Shown: positions 14,156 to 24,723 of the stretch, piece after piece
Layout of the letters: every line of letters starts with the position of its first letter
Position numbering within the stretch: the first letter of the stretch is position 1
Source: Octopus vulgaris
Taxonomy: Eukaryota
DNA: 64,000 nucleotides
Assembly (NCBI GenBank): GCA_951406725.2
Contig: OX597816.1
Coordinates: forward strand, 41,354,001 to 41,418,000
Direction: 5' to 3'
Notes under the pieces: model-generated
Databases searched by the model: none
Told to the model about the DNA's origin: nothing
Seen by the model: only the letters and a program-made list of their open reading frames with translations
Made by a program: the position numbers and the translations under genes

Positions 14156-14524
14156 TTGGGCATGTTGCGCAGTTTGGTAAGATCTAATTTTACTTGTGCT
14201 TCTGAAAGCATAATTTATGTCATAAGGTTCTCGGTCTACCACCAAAACTACGTGGAGTCCACGAGATTATCACTCAGACGTAGATGCACTCTGCATCGAC
14301 AACAGATTGCATTCCCAGAATACAGAATGATACCCTTTAGTGAGCATTTTGAGAAATGCACAAAGCAGCTACTACCACAAGTTTTAATCTTTCCATTCTA
14401 TCAATGTGCTATTGGAACACCAACACAAATTAGATTAAACAAGGAAACATTCTTCATTGAAAAATATAAGCCTAAACTTAACCATTCTAACATTCTTATA
14501 CAAAGAACTCACCCCATTAAATAA
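14156..14524 (+). pseudogene. PLE GIY-YIG endonuclease C-terminal fragment
   Basis: NFTCASESIIYVI..NYVEST..LRRRCTLHRQQI..PFSEHF..KETFFIEKYKPKLN follows the PLE GIY-YIG consensus with decayed motif residues; the first few ORF codons are antisense junction sequence. Confidence 0.85.
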
Positions 14525-14651
14525 GGGAAAAGAAATATAAAGCGATTATCTCCCTTATACCGGAAGAAATCGCTTATTACCTCACCCTACCTGGAACTCC
14601 TCTTTGCACGACATAACGAAGACATAACACGATGTAGGTAAAGACATTTGA

Positions 14652-14686
14652 GAAATTTGAAAAATTAACACGAAACCGGTAATTTC
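14652..14686 (+). ncRNA. Minimal type-I hammerhead-like motif (U3-A8 core)
   Basis: GAAAT-TTGAAAA-AT-taac-AC-GAAA-CCGG-TA-ATTTC: stem I GAAAU/AUUUC; the mirror arm has GT..AC stem II but GAGA instead of GAAA. Confidence 0.6.
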
Positions 14687-14834
14687 ATCAAAATCTATTT
14701 TGCTGTATGAAACAATATATAACGTTCTTCTAACATAACGACTTAAATATATTCTTTAACCTTATAAAACAAGCCTTCTGTAGTTTTTTCACTATTTTCT
14801 ATATATCCAACCACGTTCCTTCACACACCAACTT

Positions 14835-14917
<83 letters not shown>

Positions 14918-15550
14918 TTGTTATATTTCGGAATGGTCATATTGCCAGTTTAGCCAATAAAAACACACGCACTATATATTTGGTGTTATTTTGCTTCAGT
15001 GATATTTATTTTTTACATTAATCTTAATCTTATTTCGGCCAAAGTTCTTTCGTCACACTCCTGTGACCGCATCAGTGGTCCTTTGTTTTCTTCTCACTTA
15101 CTTGTGTCTCTCCTTACTAACCGTCAGCCATTTTGTATTTCTATTGTATGTCTTCATTTGCGCATGCTTATATCTCTATGTGCGTCTATGTTTATTTAGT
15201 GTGTGTGTGTGGGGGAATGCCTGTAATATTTGTATCTTCTGGTTATATACATTCTTGTAATTTGTATTTTGTTTTTGTTGTTGTTGCTTTTGTTCTAATT
15301 TTGTTCATGTGTTTACATCCACCCATTATTATCATTACATATGCTTGTATGTATGTATAACAACAATATTAGTAATAATAATAATAAATCTAATCGAAAA
15401 AAAAAAAAAAAGAATATACATATACATATATATATATACATACATATACATATACATATACATATATACACACATATATACACATATAGATATTCATTTC
15501 TATTTCTTTAATTACCTGTGTATTTATTATGTTTGCAGGATCCACTATTG

Positions 15551-18500
15551 TCATATGTTGTGGTGTGCGCTATTGCTCCATTCTAGTTTTCTATTCAGGC
15601 TAGGTTTATTTTCTATTATATGTGTAGCTTCTGTAATTTGTCTAATTGTTGCATCTGTTCTATGTGTGGACAATATCTTAATCTCTATGTTATTGATTGA
15701 TCCCCCGTGTTCTTGTTCGGCATGTTGGTACAGAATCGATGAGCTTTTACCTTCCTTGAGTTGTCTCCAATGTTCATTCACCCGCTCACCAATGCTTCTT
15801 GCAGTTTCCCCTACGTATGTTACTGTCTTGTTACTGCATCGTCCCTCTATACATCTTATACTATAGACCACATTTCTGGCTTTACAGTTCGTTTGTGGGC
15901 TAAATCTACATACAGTGCAATAGTTATCCGTACAGAGAGTTCTACTAAAAGGATAGCTTCTACCAATTATAGATCTGATAGGATTGCCTGGCTTTTCAAC
16001 AACCTTAATTCTTAGTTTAAGTTTATCTAGGGTCCTTCTAAAGCGGTACGCTAGTTCACCTCCAGGGGTGGTGTCAACGAACATGACACTCTGGTATTTA
16101 TGGCTATCATACGAAGAGTTGGCCTTCCCTATTTTCTTTTTGTCCTTTCTATAGTGTTCCATGACTTGTTCCTATAGAGTGGGCAGATCCCATTCCTATC
16201 ATTACATAATATATTATCAAATTTCTTCATGGCTCCTTTGTATACTCTGATCCTTTCTTTATGGCTGTAACCTGAGAACTGCATGCGGTGAATGAAATAC
16301 TGTATGTGTCTCTTTAATTCTGTAGGCTCGCACATGCGTGACACATTTCTCATTATTCTGACGAGGTCTGCCATCAAAATATTGAATTTGGCATTGCCCG
16401 CAATGGCTGAGTTCCGGTGGATCAGGTATTTTGAGGCCATAGGTTTTGCATAGTATGAATGAAGGATTTGGGTTTTATTTTTCACAATTTCTAGCCAGAG
16501 TTCAGTGTCTAGTACTGGTAGTCTATGGTTGGGGTGTTTAGTGGGGTAGTCTATTGTGACCTTAATACTCTGGTGGATGGAGTTAGCTATTTGCTGGATG
16601 CTCTCCATAGTATTAGTTTCTATTACTATATCAACTGTACTCTCTTGTGGGGGTGCCTTTACTACTATATTGATATCATCAACATAGCGAGAGTACATGT
16701 TTACGAGTATGGATTTCTGCAGTAGGCATTCTTTAAGCCTTCTGTCCCACCATACCATGAAGAGGTTGGCCACATCACCAGCGATACTAACACCGATGGC
16801 TGCCCCCTCGTCCTGGGCATATATTTTATTATTAAATTTAAATGTGTGGCCTTTTAGGGTAACTCTTATATTAGCTCCTAGTGCATGTGCGATCATTTTC
16901 TTTACCTGATGGACATTTGCGGGGCTCCGTATGGCTCTGGTCCATCCGCGCCATCTTTCTATATGTGTCTTCCTAGCCATAGAAGTAATTGTAGGCGGTC
17001 TACCTCTTAAACATCTACTGGGGCAGAAACTACTAAGATTATGTTTATCTAAGTATTCACTATTATATGTCAGTCTAAGTAGGAGGCCCAGTTCTTCTGT
17101 GTCGACATTACAGAACTCCACCTGGCTCTCGTTGATCATCTCCACGCACTTCTCCACTGCAAAATCTACGTCAATCGATGGGTATAGGGATACCACATCC
17201 ATGCTACCTACTATACATCCTGTCAAGTCACAAGTTTTGTTACAGTCACTGATCCTGCTTAGGAGATCTTCTGTGCTGTCACACACATCAGGTGACATCC
17301 TGATTATAGGGCGTATGATCATTGAGAGGAAGTAGGAGATTCTGTAATTGCTAGCGATATTCGCTCCACAGACTGGTCTTGTTGGTGGTCCTGCTATAGG
17401 GTCAGTAAAACCTTTATGGTCCTTGCGAAGTCCATACAGTGCCGGGATATCATTGTTCCAGGCTTGGAAATTCTTTGCAGTACGTTTCTGAGGTCCCAGA
17501 ACAATTGTCCACATCATCATGTGGGCATTGAGGACCTTTTCTCTCTCCTCATGCGCCTGTACAGTTGTTACTTTTGTATTGGCGATATGAGGTTGCATTG
17601 CCTGGATGTAGTTCGGTAAGCTGTCTATTGACATCCTGCCGGACTTATCCGTGGGAAGGCATATCACCTCTCCGTTCCTCGTGCGCTGAATGAGCTACTG
17701 TAGGCCACATGCAGGTTTAATCCCTAGTTGTTGGGCATCTGTCTTATTCTGTCTCTGTCTCTTAATGTATAATCCTAAAATCTGTCTAAGTTTGGTCCTA
17801 GCTATAGTGAACTGTGCTTCCATGTGGTCATTAGTACGTCTTGGGATGTATACTCTTTTGTTGAAGGGTAATGTTGTTGGATAAATTCGGTTCATGCAGT
17901 AAGTTTTGTCGCATACGTTGAAGAATTGAGTGTCAAAGGGATGGGTATACATGTCAATGGTCTCTCTAGGGTTATCTTCATTATCGTTACTGTTTCCAAC
18001 ATCAGCCTTCCTATTATTATTATCACCATTACCACTACTACTACTACTAGTATTCCTATTACCACCACAACTATCACTACTATCCTCATTACTACTTCTA
18101 CTGTTACCATCACCACTACTACTACCACTATTATTGTTATTACCTTTATTCCTACCATTGCCATTATTACTATCATCGCTAGTGATATATTCATTGTTCC
18201 TGTTTCTGGTATATGTGTTGTTTATATTAGTGTTGGGTTTTATGTCTGTCTGTTGGTCCCTGTCAATCCCCCTGTTGCGGTCGTTATTTTTGTTCCTATG
18301 AGTATTGTTATCTGTTTCAAGTCCGCTGACTCCCTGTCCAAGGATCCTGTTGCATTCAACTTTATTCTCCATCGTGACCCCTATGACACAACTTTTATTC
18401 GTGTCTTTGTGACTATGGCTATCTGTGTGTGTGTTTGTGTGTCGGTTCTCCCTATAATTGTTGTTGTTGTTGCTGTTGTATACGATTTTTCCCTCTCTGT

Positions 18501-19278
18501 TTGTGTTTTTGTTTTTGTATCTATTGTTTGTGTCTATGCATACATTTTTTCTATTGTTATTGTTGTTGTCGCTGTTAGGGTTCGTGTTGTTGTTGTTGTT
18601 GCCGCTGTTAGGGTTCGTGTTGCTTTTGTTGCGTCGGTTGTTATTGTTGCGGTCATTATTGTTTGTGTTGTTGTTGCTGCGGTTAGTGTTTTTCGCGTTG
18701 TTGTTGTTGTCGCAAGTGTTGTTGTCATAGTATCTATTTAAATTCCAACGTATTTTTGTGAACGACTTTTCAATCTCGGACAGGCATTTGATGGTATTCA
18801 CTTTACTATACACTGCATACTTTGGTGGTAGTTGAAGTATCGGTATTTCATCTGGGTCCGTTGTTACTCCCCCATAGATGTTCGCTTCATTGTCTTTATT
18901 GAACTCTTCTGGTGGTAGCACATCTTCCATAATAATTCCATTTATTGTACCTGGATACTTCTGCTTTTCTTCCTTTGCGAGCTCATATTGACGTTTCTGT
19001 TTCAACCACGATAACTTCCTCTTAAAATGGATATTGCATTGGTGTATTACATGTCTGTTTTCTTCATATATTATATCCATTATTAAGGTTTTCTCCTTTC
19101 GTGTGGTGATACTTTTAATTTCTTTTAAAAATATACGTTTACGCTTCTCTTGTTCGCTCAGCTCTCTGTATATTCTATTTCTAATATTTACCATTAGCGT
19201 CCTTTTTAGTCTTTCCGCTTGTCCGTTAGTGAGGTCAAGCCGTTTAACGTTGGCTGTGATCTTGTTGATACATATCCT
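15551..19278 (-). pseudogene. Near full-length PLE polyprotein (about 1240 aa when repaired): N-terminal domain with Asn-rich insert, RT, thumb, Cys-rich linker, GIY-YIG; 5'-truncated, one in-frame TAG, one 1-nt deletion
   Basis: ORFs 17695-19278, 16129-17667 and 15551-16162 join: GLQ*LIQRTRNGEVICLPTDKSG (TAG at 17695-17697, same frame); motifs LYGLRKDHK, RPVCGA, DVVSLYPSI, GAAIG, RYVDD, LPVLD, CTDNYCTVC, VYSIRC..YVGET..R..EH; A5 here vs A6 in the plus copy at about 16137-16141. A Cys-rich linker before a C-terminal GIY-YIG suggests the Neptune group (inference). Confidence 0.93.
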
Positions 19279-19279
19279 G

Positions 19280-20977
19280 GACTGTAACAAAACTTGTGAC
19301 TTGACAGGATGTATAGTAGGTAGCGTGGATGTGGTATCCCTATACCCATCGATTGACGTAGATTTTGCAGTGGAGAAGTGCGTGGAGATGATCAACGAGA
19401 GCCAGGTGGAGTTCTGTAATGTCGACACAGAAGAACTGGGCCTCCTACTTAGACTGACATATAATAGTGAATACTTAGATAAACATAATCTTAGTAGTTT
19501 CTGCCCCAGTAGATGTTTAAGAGGTAGACCGCCTACAATTACTTCTATGGCTAGGAAGACACATATAGAAAGATGGCGCGGATGGACCAGAGCCATACGG
19601 AGCCCCGCAAATGTCCATCAGGTAAAGAAAATGATCGCACATGCACTAGGAGCTAGTATAAGAGTTACCCTAAAAGGCCACACATTTAAATTTAATAATA
19701 AAATATATGCCCAGGACGAGGGGGCAGCCATCGGTGTTAGTATCGCTGGTGATGTGGCCAACCTCTTCATGGTATGGTGGGACAGAAGGCTTAAAGAATG
19801 CCTACTGCAGAAATCCATACTCGTAAACATGTACTCTCGCTATGTTGATGATATCAATATAGTAGTAAAGGCACCCCCACAAGAGAGTACAGTTGATATA
19901 GTAATAGAAACTAATACTATGGAGAGCATCCAGCAAATAGCTAACTCCATCCACCAGAGTATTAAGGTCACAATAGACTACCCCACTAAACACCCCAACC
20001 ATAGACTACCAGTACTAGACACTGAACTCTGGCTAGAAATTGTGAAAAATAAAACCCAAATCCTTCATTCATACTATGCAAAACCTATGGCCTCAAAATA
20101 CCTGATCCACCGGAACTCAGCCATTGCGGGCAATGCCAAATTCAATATTTTGATGGCAGACCTCGTCAGAATAATGAGAAATGTGTCACGCATGTGCGAG
20201 CCTACAGAATTAAAGAGACACATACAGTATTTCATTCACCGCATGCAGTTCTCAGGTTACAGCCATAAAGAAAGGATCAGAGTATACAAAGGAGCCATGA
20301 AGAAATTTGATAATATATTATGTAATGATAGGAATGGGATCTGCCCACTCTATAGGAACAAGTCATGGAACACTATAGAAAGGACAAAAAAGAAAATAGG
20401 GAAGGCCAACTCTTCGTATGATAGCCATAAATACCAGAGTGTCATGTTCGTTGACACCACCCCTGGAGGTGAACTAGCGTACCGCTTTAGAAGGACCCTA
20501 GATAAACTTAAACTAAGAATTAAGGTTGTTGAAAAGCCAGGCAATCCTATCAGATCTATAATTGGTAGAAGCTATCCTTTTAGTAGAACTCTCTGTACGG
20601 ATAACTATTGCACTGTATGTAGATTTAGCCCACAAACGAACTGTAAAGCCAGAAATGTGGTCTATAGTATAAGATGTATAGAGGGACGATGCAGTAACAA
20701 GACAGTAACATACGTAGGGGAAACTGCAAGAAGCATTGGTGAGCGGGTGAATGAACATTGGAGACAACTCAAGGAAGGTAAAAGCTCATCGATTCTGTAC
20801 CAACATGCCGAACAAGAACACGGGGGATCAATCAATAACATAGAGATTAAGATATTGTCCACACATAGAACAGATGCAACAATTAGACAAATTACAGAAG
20901 CTACACATATAATAGAAAATAAACCTAGCCTGAATAGAAAACTAGAATGGAGCAATAGCGCACACCACAACATATGA
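19280..20977 (+). CDS. 5'-truncated but open PLE RT (from just upstream of motif A) + thumb + GIY-YIG endonuclease
   Basis: Uninterrupted frame DCNKTCDLTGCIVGSVDVVSLYPSI...RYVDD...YVGETARSIGERVNEH...PSLNRKLEW; the ORF-track extension 19034-19279 is antisense of the other copy. Confidence 0.9.
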   Translation, partial: DCNKTCDLTGCIVGSVDVVSLYPSIDVDFAVEKCVEMINESQVEFCNVDTEELGLLLRLTYNSEYLDKHNLSSFCPSRCLRGRPPTITSMARKTHIERWRGWTRAIRSPANVHQVKKMIAHALGASIRVTLKGHTFKFNNKIYAQDEGAAIGVSIAGDVANLFMVWWDRRLKECLLQKSILVNMYSRYVDDINIVVKAPPQESTVDIVIETNTMESIQQIANSIHQSIKVTIDYPTKHPNHRLPVLDTELWLEIVKNKTQILHSYYAKPMASKYLIHRNSAIAGNAKFNILMADLVRIMRNVSRMCEPTELKRHIQYFIHRMQFSGYSHKERIRVYKGAMKKFDNILCNDRNGICPLYRNKSWNTIERTKKKIGKANSSYDSHKYQSVMFVDTTPGGELAYRFRRTLDKLKLRIKVVEKPGNPIRSIIGRSYPFSRTLCTDNYCTVCRFSPQTNCKARNVVYSIRCIEGRCSNKTVTYVGETARSIGERVNEHWRQLKEGKSSSILYQHAEQEHGGSINNIEIKILSTHRTDATIRQITEATHIIENKPSLNRKLEWSNSAHHNI

Positions 20978-21443
20978 CAATAGTGGATCCTGCAAACATA
21001 ATAAATACACAGGTAATTAAAGAAATAGAAATGAATATCTATATGTGTATATATGTGTGTATATATGTATATGTATATGTATATGTATGTATATATATAT
21101 ATGTATATGTATATATTTTTTTTTTTTTTTCGATTAGATTTATTATTATTATTACTAATATTGTTGTTATACATACATACAAGCATATGTAATGATAATA
21201 ATGGGTGGATGTAAACACATGAACAAAATTAGAACAAAAGCAACAACAACAAAAACAAAATACAAATTACAAGAATGTATATAACCAGAAGATACAAATA
21301 TTACAGGCATCCCCCCCCACACACACTAAATAAACATAGACGCACATAGAGATATAAGCATGCGCAAATGAAGACATACAATAGAAATACAAAATGGCTG
21401 ACGGTTAGTAAGGAGAGACACAAGTAAGTGAGAAGAAAACAAA

Positions 21444-21488
21444 GGACCACTGATGCGGTCACAGGAGTGTGACGAAAGAACTTTGGCC
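21444..21488 (+). ncRNA. Variant hammerhead-like motif in the PLE 3' UTR (mirror copy 15037-15081, minus)
   Basis: GGACCA-CTGATGC-G-GTCAC-aggagt-GTGAC-GAAAG-aa-CTT-TGGCC: stems I, II and III can pair; A9 replaced by C plus one extra nucleotide. Confidence 0.55.
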
Positions 21489-23284
21489 GAAATAAGATTA
21501 AGATTAATGTAAAAAATAAATATCACTGAAGCAAAATAACACCAAATATATAGTGCGTGTGTTTTTATTGGCTAAACTGGCAATATGACCATTCCGAAAT
21601 ATAACAATATCTGTTTCAACACACGACTTCACATAAAAAATCTTGCACAACAAATATTTAAACGTATATACATATACATATATGTATATATATTTATATA
21701 TGCATATTATTTGAACGACTATAATATTTTCCGTACATGATATTTGTTCCTGATAATTTCTGTTAAATAACTAATATCGCCCTAGAGAACTGTATGCTGT
21801 ATAATTAACTCGGAGTATTTTAGAAGGGTAAAAATTACTAATCATCCGAAGAATTGGTAACCATCCATGACATATCACCGTAGTCTCTGTTATTGTTGGC
21901 GTGCAAGGAAAATATGTATTCATGTATTTTAGTTTCCACTGTGTAGGCGTGAATAACTACAGTCTACGTATGTACATATGCATGTTTATATACACACTTT
22001 TCATCATACATTAATACGTAGACGCAAGTGCAGTCACACACACATACACTCACGCTCTCACGCATATATATATATATACATATCCACATGCACACATGTG
22101 CATATATACACCCATACATACACTTATGTATACATGCATTGCATTATTTATGCATACGCAATGCATGTATCTGTGAAAAATATAAGAATTTTATTTAAAT
22201 TGTTTTGGAGGCGACTATACTCTCTCGATATTACGGGTCTGTCAGAGGTTATTTATATTTATCAATTTATTCTCCCAAACATCGACAAGGGAAAGGCTGT
22301 GAATTTCAGCTGTCAGATTAATCATTCCGAACTGCGCAGAGCGGAAGCAGTGCAACCTCAGGTTTTCTTCCGATAAAATATTTAAAACCCGAATTATTGA
22401 AATATATATTTAAAACCTAGGCCTCTGCGTTTCTTTCCGAATCTCTTTGCTACTGCTTTCATTTATTTATTCCTGCTGTCATTATACCTCTCACAGTCTG
22501 AATATACTATAAAACAAATTCATTCAATCTTTTGGAAATATGTTGGAATACCAATTGCAAGATTAATACGTCTGGTCAGAACAGAACCAATCTATATCGA
22601 TCTCATTTATTCCTTTTGCTATGAGAACTTTAATTCCGAAATATCGTAACAAGTTGCGATAGTAATCCACAGATTTCAGTTTTCTGGTTGTTTTAATGTG
22701 GTAACTTACAGTTCAGTTGTGTTACTAGAAAAGTAGGAATATTTGAATGTCCATTGGCATACGAAATATATTCAGATGAAAGCTTTCTATGTTATTTTGA
22801 TGTCATTATGCTTAAGCCAACTTAAATTTGGAATTGTTAGTCAATCGGAGTAAACGTAGGACGATAGTTTGCCTGATACTACTTATCTGTGGAGGAAGGA
22901 ATGGTACGATTTCCATTTTATTCTCTTTTTCTGAGATAAAAATATTTAAATATAAATCAAAAAAGGAAAATATTTTTCCTTTCTAAATTTCGCTTTGATG
23001 TTGTCTTTCAGCTTCTATTTTGGTGGCATTTAAAGCATTTTCCTCTCTAAAATGAAGTGTGCAGAACAATACAGGGTCGACCTTCAATTTCTTCTCTTGA
23101 AAAATTATATGTTAAAAATGGAAATATTTATTTTTGTTTTAGTCTTGGATTTATTTTATCTTCCAATCCGTTATTTGCATCTTGCCTATCAGAAACGAGC
23201 TAAAGCCCTGTTACTCTACTTCACAATGCTTCATGTAAACTATACAATTCTGGTGAAATTAAAATGCGTAAGACTAAATATGCT

Positions 23285-23695
23285 TCTCTTTTACTTGTTT
23301 CAATCATTTGACTGCGACCATAATGGATCACCGCCTTTAGTGAAGCAAATCGACCCCAGGACTTATTCATTGTAAGCATAGTACTTATTATCTCGGTCTC
23401 TTTTGCCAAACCGCTATGTGACGGGTACGTAAGGAAACCAGCATCGGTTGTCGAGCGATGTTTGGAGGACAGACATACACACAAACATATGAACACACAT
23501 ACATATACATATACATATATATACATATATACGACAGTTTTCTTTCAGTTTCCGTTTATCAAATCCACTCACAAAGCTTTGGCCGGCCTAAGGCTATAGT
23601 AGAAGACACTTGCCCAAGTTTCCACACAGTGGGACTGAACCCGGAACCATTTGGTTGGTAAGCAAGCTTCTTACCACACAGCCACTCTTGCGCCT
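23285..23695 (-). mobile_element. tRNA-derived SINE family B, full length
   Basis: Minus strand GGCGCAAGAGTGGCTGTGTGGTAAG (A box)...GGTTCAGTCCC (B box)...CTTGGGCAAGTG; internal microsatellite; matches 42243-42660. Confidence 0.85.
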
Positions 23696-23950
23696 AAAAT
23701 ATTTTAACTCTGTCGAAGTTAGTGTGCAAAATTAGTAAACCTAATATGCACCTGTTTATACTCATTCAGTGTCCAATGTAAGAGATACCGTCATATAAGT
23801 TGTGCAAAACATTGTTATTGCAAAGTTTGGCTTTATATTTAAATTTCGTTATATTTCAAATTTCTATTGCATCTAGTTTCTGAACAAGGTTTATGAGATT
23901 CCAGAGCGATCCATACAAAGAACAGTTTTCTGATGAAAATAATCGTTAAT

Positions 23951-24032
<82 letters not shown>

Positions 24033-24281
24033 TAACGATAAGATCGATATTATCTCCAGGTTGTGTTTGAACATTTGATGGGGTTTTAGGTTCAAGTGTG
24101 ACTGCTATTCCCAGCGTGGTCGTATATCATAGATACCCTGAATTATAATTATATAAATATATACGTGTGTGTGTGTATGTATGTATGTATAAAAAAACGC
24201 CTCCCATATTTCTCTATAACACGTTTTTGATGAAAATTGGATTCTCTGTACTGATGACAGAATATCTAATTAAATATTGAA

Positions 24282-24692
24282 TTTATTTCTTTATTGCCCA
24301 CAGGAGGCTAAACATAGAGGGGCGCAAACAAGGACAGATACGGTGATTAGGTCGATTAGATCGACCCCAGTGATTAACTGCTACTTATTTAATCGACTCC
24401 GAAACGATGCAAGGCAAAGTGGACCTCGGCGGAATTTGAACTCCGAACGTAACGGCAGACGAAATACCTATTTCTTTACTACCCACAAGGGGATACACAC
24501 AGAGAAGACAAACAAGGACAGGCATAGGTATTAAGCCGATTACATCGACCCCAGTGCGTAACTGGTACTTAATTTATCGACCCCGAAAAGATGAAAGGCA
24601 AAGTCGACCTCGGCGGAATTTGAACTCAGAACGTAACGGCAGACGAAATAGGGCTACGCATTTCACCCGGCGTGCTAACGTTTCTACCAGCA
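24282..24692 (-). mobile_element. SINE family A, dimeric form
   Basis: Two tandem bodies with junction AAAGAAATAG|GTATTTCGTCTG as in 62778-63180. Confidence 0.85.
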
Positions 24693-24723
24693 TAACAGAT
24701 TAGTTAATATTGTTCTATGCTTT

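Larger units (their letters stand above)
13531..14803. mobile_element. Head-to-head truncated PLE with inverted arms of about 510-550 bp
   Basis: 13531-14082 is the reverse complement of about 14290-14803; spacer holds upstream coding pieces in both orientations (minus: PNCATCPN..LEGSEFLFKE; plus: RSNFTCAS..). Confidence 0.9.
14915..21664. mobile_element. Recent Penelope-like retroelement insertion: two head-to-head copies with 2.3-kb inverted arms in (TA)-rich targets
   Basis: 14915-17247 is the reverse complement of 19280-21610 with only a few differences; RT + C-terminal GIY-YIG ORF; (TA)n at 14838-14914 and TA-rich repeat from 21665; right copy has a tail about 54 nt longer. Confidence 0.97.

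Noticed and set aside
16129-16145. Programmed frameshift between RT and GIY-YIG
   Set aside because: The plus copy has A6 and reads through; the A5 is a private indel or sequencing error.
17892-18741. Val/Leu/Ile/Thr-rich 'membrane protein' ORFs
   Set aside because: Alternative frames and antisense of the Asn-rich trinucleotide tract.
19034-19279. Hydrophobic N-terminus of the 647-aa ORF, and the first ~106 aa of the 633-aa minus ORF (19279-19596)
   Set aside because: Each is antisense read-through across the inversion junction, not a real domain.
22245-22371. Peptide NFSCQINHSEL resembling an Ig-domain F strand with AG/GT boundaries
   Set aside because: Short match, no partner cysteine exon, weak splice context; likely chance.
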